Assembly: GCA_048939625.1 (NCBI GenBank)
Contig: JBHLPH010000015.1
Coordinates: forward strand, 1-49,171
Source: Promethearchaeota archaeon
GTDB taxonomy: Archaea > Asgardarchaeota > Hermodarchaeia > Hermodarchaeales > Hermodarchaeaceae
Direction of reading: 5' to 3'
Length of the DNA stretch: 49,171 nucleotides
In this document: positions 40,408 through 48,379 of the stretch, one piece after another
Layout of the letters: the number at the start of each line of letters is the position of its first letter
Numbering within the stretch: position 1 is the stretch's first letter
The notes under the pieces: model-generated
Databases searched by the model: none
What the model saw: the letters and a program-made list of their open reading frames with translations, nothing else
Told to the model about the DNA's origin: nothing
Translations under genes and position numbers: made by a program

Positions 40408-40594
40408 GCGGGGGTATCTACGCTTGTAGACCCCACAGCCAAGCCTGGTTAACGGCGCAGGAGTCACCTGCTGCGGTAGGCTGATGGCGTTACTCAAGAT
40501 CTAACCAGGTTCATGAGACATCCTGTCCGGCAGCGGTTCGAGGGTTCGAAGGAGCACCGCACTGCGAGCTCCGAAATTCCCTCCCCCCGCACCA
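40408..40594 (+). tRNA. tRNA-Leu(CAA) with four BHB introns (8/9, 30/31, 37/38, 59/60), CCA encoded
   Basis: Exons 40408-40415, 40437-40461, 40492-40498, 40520-40550, 40578-40594 join to GCGGGGGTAGCCAAGCCTGGTTAACGGCGCAGGACTCAAGATCCTGTCCGGCAGCGGTTCGAGGGTTCGAATCCCTCCCCCCGCACCA (88 nt). Acceptor, anticodon and T stems pair perfectly, with a long variable arm and A73. Each junction sits in a BHB motif. Confidence 0.93.
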
Positions 40595-40670
40595 CCTTTC
40601 CATCGCTACCTTTTTGACTGCGATTTCCCTAGCTTCTATAACGGATTTCCATCTCCACGGGGCTATATGC

Positions 40671-41264
40671 ATGCTACACGTGGTATATCTAATGCATCCC
40701 AGCGGGGTCTGTCTCCTAGACCAAAAATTCGGTGAATTAGAACTCGACGCTACGCTAGTTGCTGGTTTTTTCTCAGCAATTCGAGAATTCGCGCGAATGA
40801 TTTCAAAGGGCAAGGGAGAAGCTCGGATTGTGGAGATGGGCGAATTTTACATCACTTATGCAGCTGGCGATTACATCGTTGTAGCTGCCGTCGTTGACAA
40901 AGAAGACAACCGACTCGAAGTCCTTAAAGCCCTTGATAAGGTCATTGAACGGTTTTCCAATCGATTTCAGGACACGCTAAAATCATGGGATGGAAAACTC
41001 GTATTCTTCTCCTTCACACCAGAACTCAATCAAATGCTCAACCATGGCTTCATCGGAAAAAACGATGTTCCTCAACCCAAACTAAAACGCGGGCTTCCCA
41101 AATTGATGGTCAAACTCGGACAAATCAGTGAAATGGAGTACAATGTCGCCAACCAATGCGACGGATCAAAGACTCCGCAAGAAATCGCCACTAACGTAGG
41201 ACTCTCACAAGATGACGTGGAGGTCCTCTTGTACCGACTCAATAAACTCGATTTAATCGAGTAA
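40671..41264 (+). CDS. Longin-like domain + winged-helix protein (Asgard eukaryotic-signature type)
   Basis: VYLMHPSGVCLL, LVAGFFSAIREFA, ERFSNRF..WDG longin pattern; C-terminal CDGSKTPQEIA..LYRLNKLDLI wHTH; start at ATG 40671. Confidence 0.8.
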   Translation: MLHVVYLMHPSGVCLLDQKFGELELDATLVAGFFSAIREFARMISKGKGEARIVEMGEFYITYAAGDYIVVAAVVDKEDNRLEVLKALDKVIERFSNRFQDTLKSWDGKLVFFSFTPELNQMLNHGFIGKNDVPQPKLKRGLPKLMVKLGQISEMEYNVANQCDGSKTPQEIATNVGLSQDDVEVLLYRLNKLDLIE

Positions 41265-41281
41265 AGCCGACCTCAGCTCTT

Positions 41282-41941
41282 TCATTCACTGGCTTCCAGT
41301 AAGACACCCATTGCAATAATCCCAATGGCTAATAGGACCATAACAGGCGCGACAATAACACCAAGCGCAGGCTGCACTGCTTGAAGGACGCGTCCACCAT
41401 AATAGAAAAGAAATCCTGAACCTAACAGGAAATTGCTTGTGCGAAGTTGTCCAGTCAGTTGGATTCCAATATAGAAGAAGAGTGCCGGCAACACAATCAC
41501 ATACAATGGTAGGATTGCGAAATTCGAAGCAACATACCCGGGGACTAATACTCCAGCCGTGAGTGAGGGGGGCCAAAACAGCCACGGCATCACCAAGATT
41601 AGTATTGCTATTATCAGAGGTGGAGAGGATATTATGACAATTTGCCATAATTTCCTTTCAATGATCTGATAGGCTAAGGCCAAAAATACAGTGAAAATCG
41701 CTAACCATGAAGTAACTGTTGCTAGGCGCCACCAAATCTCGATATGTACGTAAAAATCCCAGACGAGGTAGAAGATACGCCCAACACCTAGAAGCAAAAA
41801 GAATAGACCGAAACCGAGGTGAAAGGGATTTCGTTTATCACGATAGCGAAACGCTAGAAAGTAGATGAAGAGGAGAAAGAAGTACCCAATAATTACGAAC
41901 CATAAACCAATAATTAGCGTGTCAAACTCAGTATACAGCAT
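41282..41941 (-). CDS. Seven-transmembrane protein of unknown function
   Basis: Seven hydrophobic segments by inspection, no soluble output domain. Confidence 0.75.
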   Translation of the reverse strand: MLYTEFDTLIIGLWFVIIGYFFLLFIYFLAFRYRDKRNPFHLGFGLFFLLLGVGRIFYLVWDFYVHIEIWWRLATVTSWLAIFTVFLALAYQIIERKLWQIVIISSPPLIIAILILVMPWLFWPPSLTAGVLVPGYVASNFAILPLYVIVLPALFFYIGIQLTGQLRTSNFLLGSGFLFYYGGRVLQAVQPALGVIVAPVMVLLAIGIIAMGVLLEASE

Positions 41942-42097
41942 GATGACAACCCGCCATCCACACGAAATGTTACTAACAACTCTTCTCTTCTCTCTGCATT
42001 TAAGCGTGCTGTTCGTAAATTGGGTTCCAATGAACTCGGTAAGAGGAAAATGTTTTTACCTTTACAAATGTAAAGGTGCTCGCCTTACATCCTTGGG

Positions 42098-42658
42098 GTG
42101 ACCTTCGTGATCGATCGTCGAGTAATTAATGGGTCCAAAATTGATAGTGAGCTTGCCGAGGAAATGACCAAAGCCGGTCTTGATCGCATACGTTCATGTA
42201 TTCAATGTGGAACCTGTACAGGTTCCTGTCCCTCCGGTCGCCGCACGGCTCTTAGAACACGACAACTTATTCGAAAAGCTCTTCTGGGGTTTAGAGAAGA
42301 GGTGTTATCTGACCCAGACCTTTGGTTATGTACTACGTGCGGTACTTGTACTGAACGCTGTCCTCGCAAGATCGATGTTACCGAAGCCATTCTATATTTA
42401 CGAAACCTTTCTTGCCAAGCTGGGTATATGAAGCCCGAACACCAAGGCGTTTCTCACAAACTCATTGAAACCGGACACGCAGTCCCTATTGATGATGAGA
42501 AATGGAGTAAAATGCGTGAAGAACTTGGCCTTCCTCCATTACCACCCACTACTCACTCCTACCCCAAGGCGGTAAAAGAAATCCAGCATATCATTAAGAA
42601 AACTGGCTTTGACAAACTGGTCAATTACAAGGAGGACAAAAAGGATGGAAAAACATAG
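42098..42658 (+). CDS. hdrC: Heterodisulfide reductase subunit C
   Basis: CIQCGTCTGSCPS and WLCTTCGTCTERCPR; GHAVPI, LGLPPLPPT. Confidence 0.94.
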   Translation: MTFVIDRRVINGSKIDSELAEEMTKAGLDRIRSCIQCGTCTGSCPSGRRTALRTRQLIRKALLGFREEVLSDPDLWLCTTCGTCTERCPRKIDVTEAILYLRNLSCQAGYMKPEHQGVSHKLIETGHAVPIDDEKWSKMREELGLPPLPPTTHSYPKAVKEIQHIIKKTGFDKLVNYKEDKKDGKT

Positions 42659-43538
42659 GTATAGTTTTTTCCTCGGCTGTGTTATTCCAAATCGTCTCCC
42701 CCAAATTGAAGCTGCAACACGCCTCGTCGCACCCAATCTCGGTATCGAACTCGTGGAAATGAAAGGGGCCTCTTGCTGTCCTGCACCTGGTGTAATCAAA
42801 TCCTTTGATAAAGACACATGGCTTTCAATCACAGCACGCAACATAGCTCTAGCAGAAGAAAATGGTTTAGACATCCTTGTTCTGTGCAATGGATGCTATG
42901 GTACCCTGATTGCCGGAGTACACGACTTAAAGGACCCTGACACCCGAAAACGTATTAACAAAATTCTCAAGGGCACTGGGCATCAAATCAAGGGCACGAT
43001 AACAGCAAAGCATCTCGTTGAAGTCCTCTGGAACGATGTTGGAAAGGATGCTATCGAAGAAACCGTGATTAATCCGATTGACGCCCGGTTCGCTATACAT
43101 GTTGGCTGTCATCTTCTGAAACCCAAAGACATCCGGCCATGGGGTGTCGTCGAAGATTTTACATTAGTTGATGAACTGGTCGAACTGGTTGGTGGAACAA
43201 CGGTTGATTACAAACTCAAAGACATGTGCTGTGGAGCAGGTGGTGGGTTACGCTCGGCTGAGCTGGAAGTCTCTCTGGATATGGCTCGAGAAAAATTCGA
43301 AGCGATGAAGCAAGCAAAGGTTGACGCATTAATCAACGTCTGTAATTTCTGTCACCTCCAATTCGATCTTGGTCAAGTGCAGGTGAACAAACAATTCGGG
43401 ACCGACTATCACATTCCGGTTCTCTATTACACCCAATTGCTAGGTCTTGCACAAGGGTTCACACCGAAACAGATGGGACTCGATAGGCACTTCATTTCCG
43501 TTGACCCTTTCCTTGAAAAAATTGGGATGAGCGTGTGA
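42645..43538 (+). CDS. hdrB: Heterodisulfide reductase subunit B
   Basis: FLGC, SCCPAPG, CNGCYG, HVGCH, CCGAGGG, CNFCHLQFD CCG domains; start at ATG 42645. Confidence 0.95.
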   Translation: MEKHRYSFFLGCVIPNRLPQIEAATRLVAPNLGIELVEMKGASCCPAPGVIKSFDKDTWLSITARNIALAEENGLDILVLCNGCYGTLIAGVHDLKDPDTRKRINKILKGTGHQIKGTITAKHLVEVLWNDVGKDAIEETVINPIDARFAIHVGCHLLKPKDIRPWGVVEDFTLVDELVELVGGTTVDYKLKDMCCGAGGGLRSAELEVSLDMAREKFEAMKQAKVDALINVCNFCHLQFDLGQVQVNKQFGTDYHIPVLYYTQLLGLAQGFTPKQMGLDRHFISVDPFLEKIGMSV

Positions 43539-43831
43539 TGTTGACAAGGCAAGAACGAAGCCCCATTGTGCCAGAGGAGGAATCCAACATAAAATACCAA
43601 ATTATAGTGAACGAGGATTGGTGCAAGGGCTGTGGCTTCTGTTACACGTTCTGTCCCCGAGAAGTGCTAGAAAAATCAACAAAATTCAATGCGAAAGGGT
43701 ACTACCCTCCGGTTGCGACAAATATCGACCGATGTGTGGGATGTGGACTTTGTGAAGCCCTTTGCCCCGATTTTGCCATTCACGTTGAAGAAAAAGAAAC
43801 TAAAACTGAACGCAGGAGGGGCGAGAAATGA
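43535..43831 (+). CDS. korD: 2-oxoacid:ferredoxin oxidoreductase delta subunit (2x[4Fe-4S])
   Basis: CKGCGFCYTFCP, NAKGYYP, CVGCGLCEALCPDFAI. Confidence 0.9.
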   Translation: MMLTRQERSPIVPEEESNIKYQIIVNEDWCKGCGFCYTFCPREVLEKSTKFNAKGYYPPVATNIDRCVGCGLCEALCPDFAIHVEEKETKTERRRGEK

Positions 43832-44979
43832 CGCAGAAAGCCGTGCTAACGGGGGAAATGTTCACACAAGGCGACATCGCTGCTGCAGAAGGGGCGCTTG
43901 CTGCTGGCTGCCGCTTTTTTGGCGGGTATCCAATCACACCTGCCACCGAAATCGCTGAACGGATGGCTTATCGACTTCCACGCATCGGTGGTCGATATAT
44001 CCAGATGGAAGACGAAATTGCATCCTGCACAGCGGTCTTAGGAGCATCCTATGCTGGCGTTAAAGCCATGACTGCTACTTCGGGACCGGGTGTCAGCTTG
44101 ATGAACGAGACCATTGGTTTGGCAGTAATGACCGAAACACCCATGGTCTTAGTCAATGTTATGCGGGGAGGGCCTTCAACCGGTCAACCCACCGAAGCCA
44201 GTCAAAGCGACATCATGCAAGCCAAATGGGGAAGCCACGGCGATTACGAAATCATCGCCCTAATCCCCTCGTCCGTTCAAGAAATGTTTGACCTCACTAT
44301 CAAAGCTTTCAACTTATCCGAACAATTTCGTGTTCCAACTTTCGTTCTTGCAGATGAAATCATTGGACATATGCGTGAACGCTTAGTAATTCCACCCGAG
44401 GACGAAATCGAAATTGTGAATCGCAAAAAACCCACTGTGCCCCCGGAAGAATATCTGCCTTTCAAACCTGATGAAGATCTAGTACCCCCTATGGCAACAT
44501 TCGGTGATGGCTATCATTTCTACGCCACAGGGCTCACTCACGACGAACGCGGATATCCCGTAATGAATGATGAAGCCCAGCTCGCTCTGGTTCCACGACT
44601 ATGTGACAAGATTAGGAAAAACACCGATAAAATCACCCAAGCCGAGAGCACCGAAACTGAAGATGCTGAAACACTCGTCATTGCATATGGAGGCGAAGCT
44701 CGCACAGCAATGCGCGCCATCAAAGATGCACGCGCCAACGGCATGAAAATCGGTCTTTTCCGGCCCATCACGGTCTGGCCTTTTCCCAAGGAACAATTGA
44801 AAGAAGCCGCAGCCAATGCCCAAAATGTGATCGTTGCAGAACTCAATTACGGTCAATTAGTGGGCGAAGTAGAACGGGTCATCAGGAATGAAGTTCCGGT
44901 TCATTTGATTCCACGCGTATGTGGCAGCCCCCATACCCCCCAAGAACTTATGAAAGAAATTAGGAGGCGTATCAACTGA
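43828..44979 (+). CDS. korA: 2-oxoacid (2-oxoglutarate-type):ferredoxin oxidoreductase alpha subunit
   Basis: GYPITPATE, QMEDEIAS, TATSGPG, RGGPSTGQPT, WGSHGD. Confidence 0.94.
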   Translation: MTQKAVLTGEMFTQGDIAAAEGALAAGCRFFGGYPITPATEIAERMAYRLPRIGGRYIQMEDEIASCTAVLGASYAGVKAMTATSGPGVSLMNETIGLAVMTETPMVLVNVMRGGPSTGQPTEASQSDIMQAKWGSHGDYEIIALIPSSVQEMFDLTIKAFNLSEQFRVPTFVLADEIIGHMRERLVIPPEDEIEIVNRKKPTVPPEEYLPFKPDEDLVPPMATFGDGYHFYATGLTHDERGYPVMNDEAQLALVPRLCDKIRKNTDKITQAESTETEDAETLVIAYGGEARTAMRAIKDARANGMKIGLFRPITVWPFPKEQLKEAAANAQNVIVAELNYGQLVGEVERVIRNEVPVHLIPRVCGSPHTPQELMKEIRRRIN

Positions 44980-45824
44980 CAACGACTACTCGCACAACGA
45001 CTGAAGGAGAACATCCTCTCCTCAATTACATTCGGCGTGATCGATTCCCTCATATCTTCTGCAGTGCCTGCGGCATTGGAACCGTTCTTCAAGCCTTTGC
45101 GAATGCACTGCGTAGTCTCAATTTTGATATGGATCGTCTGGTAGTCATCAGTGGAATAGGTTGCACCGGACGCGCCAGTGGATACTTTGCTGCGGATAGT
45201 TATCATACCACACATGGTCGGGCCATTGCCTTCGCATCCGGCGTGAAGGTGGCAAACCCTGAACTTAATCCCGTAGTGATAAGTGGTGATGGTGATCTCT
45301 TTGCCATTGGTGGAAACCATTTCATCCATGCTGCACGACGCAACGTCGACATGCTTGTATTATGCATCAATAATTTCAACTACGGAATGACCGGCGGTCA
45401 AATGGGACCCACCACTCCCGACTCAGCCATAACTGTCACATCACCTGATGGCAACATCGAACATCCTTTCAACTTAGTTAGTGTCGCAGCAGCCTCTGGA
45501 GCCGTATTTGTAGCCCGATGGACCGCTCTGCACGCTCGGCGGCTAACTAAATCGATTGAGAAAGCTCTCCAAAAGAAAGGCTTCAAATTTATCGAAGTCA
45601 TCTCCCCCTGCCCCACACTCTATGATCGATACAACCGATACGGATCTGGACTCGATGTCATGAAACGATACCGAGAGATTTCGGTCATCCGTAACTTCAC
45701 CGATCCCATGCAGGCTGAAATTGATTATCGCACGCGGATTGTCTGCGGTGAATTCATCGATACCGAAACACCTGAATTCACTGATCTGCTTGCCAAACAA
45801 GCTGAGGAACTCCAGAAGAGGTGA
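44976..45824 (+). CDS. korB: 2-oxoacid:ferredoxin oxidoreductase beta subunit (probable CTG start)
   Basis: PHIFCSACGIG lies upstream of the track's ATG; SGIGC, THGR, GDGD, NYGMTGGQ, SPCP. Confidence 0.93.
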   Translation: MTTTTRTTTEGEHPLLNYIRRDRFPHIFCSACGIGTVLQAFANALRSLNFDMDRLVVISGIGCTGRASGYFAADSYHTTHGRAIAFASGVKVANPELNPVVISGDGDLFAIGGNHFIHAARRNVDMLVLCINNFNYGMTGGQMGPTTPDSAITVTSPDGNIEHPFNLVSVAAASGAVFVARWTALHARRLTKSIEKALQKKGFKFIEVISPCPTLYDRYNRYGSGLDVMKRYREISVIRNFTDPMQAEIDYRTRIVCGEFIDTETPEFTDLLAKQAEELQKR

Positions 45825-45834
45825 ATCGAAACCA

Positions 45835-46398
45835 ATGAAACGAATCGAAATTCGACTCGGCGGTCTCGGCGGACAGGGTATCATCAAATCCGCCGTTATA
45901 ATCGGTGAAGCTGCCACCCTCCATGATGGGAAGGAAGCCGTCCAAACCGCCTCCTATGGTCCAGAATCACGTGGAAGTGCTTGCAAAGCTGAAGTCATCA
46001 TCTCAGATACGCCTGTGGATTATCCCCTCGTTCTCACCCCACAGATAATGGTTGCCCTATCAAATGACGCCTTCCACAAATACAAAGGAGACCTGAGTGA
46101 AGGCGGCATCGTAATCATCGATTCAGATTTGGTGAAAGCGGGAAAAATTAAGGCAGGTGTGCAGGTGTTTCAAGTGCCCGCTGCTTCCACAGCTCATCAA
46201 GTTCTGAAAAATCCCTTGGTGACCAATGTCGTGATGCTCGGTGCGTTCACGGCTATAACAAAAGCGGTAAGCCCCGACGGAATGCGTAAAGCCATTGCCA
46301 ACGCCTTTCCGAAATATAAGGAACTCAACCTCCGTGCCTTCGACAAGGGTATGCAACTCGGACAAGAAGCCATGGAACAAGCAATCCAAAAGAAGTGA
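45835..46398 (+). CDS. korC: 2-oxoacid:ferredoxin oxidoreductase gamma subunit
   Basis: GLGGQG, SYGPESRG, NVVMLGA, LNLRAFDKG; start at ATG 45835. Confidence 0.93.
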   Translation: MKRIEIRLGGLGGQGIIKSAVIIGEAATLHDGKEAVQTASYGPESRGSACKAEVIISDTPVDYPLVLTPQIMVALSNDAFHKYKGDLSEGGIVIIDSDLVKAGKIKAGVQVFQVPAASTAHQVLKNPLVTNVVMLGAFTAITKAVSPDGMRKAIANAFPKYKELNLRAFDKGMQLGQEAMEQAIQKK

Positions 46399-46406
46399 GA
46401 TACTCA

Positions 46407-48377
46407 ATGTCAACAGAACAACCCAAAATCGGTGTCTTCATCTGCCACTGCGGCTCCAACATCGCCGGCGTAATCGATATCCCCAAGCTCGTTGAATATG
46501 CCGCCACACTCCCCCACGTCGTAGTAGCTGAAGATTATCGGTACATGTGTTCCGACCCCGGACAAGATCTCATTAAGGAACGGTCCCGAGAAAAAGGCTT
46601 AAACCGCGTAGTTGTCGCCGCCTGCAGCCCCACCCTCCACGAACCCACCTTTCGACGTGTTCTAGAAAGTGTCGGGCTGAATCCTTTCTTTTTTGATATG
46701 TCTAACATCCGAGAACACTGCTCTTGGGTCCATACCCACGAAGAAGAAGCTGCCCTCGAAAAAGCCAAAGATCTCGTCAAAATGGCCGTTGCGCGCGCTG
46801 CGGAACTCGAACCTCTCGAACAGAAACAAGTCGATGTCAAAGCCAATGTCTTAGTTGTTGGAGCCGGAATTGCAGGCATCCAAGCAGCTCTTGACATTGC
46901 TGATGCCGGCTACAAAGTCTACCTCGTAGAAAAAGAACCCAGCATTGGCGGGCACATGGCCCAACTGGACAAAACGTTTCCCACGCTTGATTGTTCCAGC
47001 TGTATCCTTACTCCCAAAATGAGTCTTGTCGGGCAGCATCCCAACATCGAACTCCTCACCTACAGCGAGGTCCGAGAAGTCGACGGTTTTGTGGGTAACT
47101 TCAAGGTGAAAGTAGAGAGGAAGCCCCGCTATGTCATCGAAGACAAATGTACCGCATGCGCGGACTGCCTGGAAGTCTGTCCGGTAAACGTACCGGATGA
47201 GTTCAATGCTGGGCTAGGTTGGCGAAAAGCCATTTACATTCCTTTCGCACAAGCGGTACCCAATGCCTATGTTCTCGACACCGAACACTGCTTAGGCATG
47301 ACGCCGATAGCCTGTGGCAAATGTAAAGACGCCTGTGAAGCGGAAGCCATTGACTATGAAATGAAACCAGAAATTCTCGAATTAGACGTTGGAGCTATTA
47401 TCGTCGCAACAGGCTTCGAGCTCTTTGATGCCATGAGACAACTTGAATACGGGTATGGCAAGTACCCCGATGTCATGACGAATCTCGAAATGGAACGCAT
47501 GCTTAGTGCCGCTGGACCCACGGACGGTAAAATTCTCCGCCCATCAACCATGAAGAAGCCCAAACACATCGCCTACATTCAATGTGTGGGATCACGGAAT
47601 GAACGCTACAACTCCTACTGCTCACGAGTCTGTTGTATGGCTGCCCTCAAACAAGCCCGGCAAATCCGTGAAAAATACCCCGATATCCAAGTCACGATTT
47701 TCTATATCGATATGCGCGCCTTTGGTAAAGGCTATGAAGAATTCTATGAAACCACCGCACGCGAACATGGCGTGAACTTCGTGCGCGGTCGGGTTTCAGA
47801 GATTCGCGGATCCTTCGAGTCCGATAAAATCGTTGTCCGTGCAGAGGACACATTCCTCGCCCAGCCCGTTGAAGCGGAGGTGGACATCGTCGTTCTCTCC
47901 TGTGGAATCGAAGCACCCAAAGATCTTGCTGATTTTGCTCGCGTCCTTGGGCTTCAACGAAGTGCTGACGGTTTTCTTCTCGAAGCTCACCCCAAGCTCC
48001 GTCCCGTTGAAACCAACACCGATGGCATTTTCATCGCCGGAGCTGTTCAAGGACCCAAAGATATCCCCGATACAGTCGCGCAAGCGAAAGGTGCTGCTGC
48101 TAGCGCCCTCGCTATGGTCGCTGCTGGCCAAGTCAAAGTTCAACCCTATACCGCAGTTGTCAATGAAGAACTTTGTGCGGGATGTGGAATCTGCGAAGCC
48201 TCATGTCCCTATGGCGCAGTAAAAGTGGTAGATAATCGGGCCCAGGTCACCGAGGCCCAATGCAAGGGTTGTGGCACCTGCGCTGCCGCTTGTCCAAACC
48301 AAGCCATTGCTCCGCAACACTTCACCATGGAACAAATCATCGCTCAACTTGACGCCCTCTTCCAGGAAGCGAAATAA
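46407..48377 (+). CDS. hdrA: Heterodisulfide reductase subunit A (electron-bifurcating flavoprotein)
   Basis: CHCGSNI, ACSP, NIREHCSWVH, GAGIAG, DKTFPTLDCSSCILTP, QCVGSR, CSRVCC, E-x-HPKL, terminal ferredoxin motifs. Confidence 0.97.
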   Translation: MSTEQPKIGVFICHCGSNIAGVIDIPKLVEYAATLPHVVVAEDYRYMCSDPGQDLIKERSREKGLNRVVVAACSPTLHEPTFRRVLESVGLNPFFFDMSNIREHCSWVHTHEEEAALEKAKDLVKMAVARAAELEPLEQKQVDVKANVLVVGAGIAGIQAALDIADAGYKVYLVEKEPSIGGHMAQLDKTFPTLDCSSCILTPKMSLVGQHPNIELLTYSEVREVDGFVGNFKVKVERKPRYVIEDKCTACADCLEVCPVNVPDEFNAGLGWRKAIYIPFAQAVPNAYVLDTEHCLGMTPIACGKCKDACEAEAIDYEMKPEILELDVGAIIVATGFELFDAMRQLEYGYGKYPDVMTNLEMERMLSAAGPTDGKILRPSTMKKPKHIAYIQCVGSRNERYNSYCSRVCCMAALKQARQIREKYPDIQVTIFYIDMRAFGKGYEEFYETTAREHGVNFVRGRVSEIRGSFESDKIVVRAEDTFLAQPVEAEVDIVVLSCGIEAPKDLADFARVLGLQRSADGFLLEAHPKLRPVETNTDGIFIAGAVQGPKDIPDTVAQAKGAAASALAMVAAGQVKVQPYTAVVNEELCAGCGICEASCPYGAVKVVDNRAQVTEAQCKGCGTCAAACPNQAIAPQHFTMEQIIAQLDALFQEAK

Positions 48378-48379
48378 CC

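Noticed and set aside
40366-40414. A single 42-nt fifth intron joining the two GCGGGGG copies
   Set aside because: No register gave a full 4-bp central helix with correct bulges; kept only as an open possibility in findings.
40355-40600. SRP RNA, RNase P RNA or riboswitch interpretation of the GC-rich structured region
   Set aside because: No SRP helix-8 or RNase P GAGGAAAGTCC-type motifs; 40408-40594 is fully explained as tRNA-Leu exons plus BHB introns.
40511-40813. 100-aa minus-strand ORF
   Set aside because: Antisense to tRNA-Leu and the longin gene; no recognisable motifs.
41282-41941. Rhodopsin call for the 7-TM protein
   Set aside because: No retinal-binding Lys in the seventh helix.
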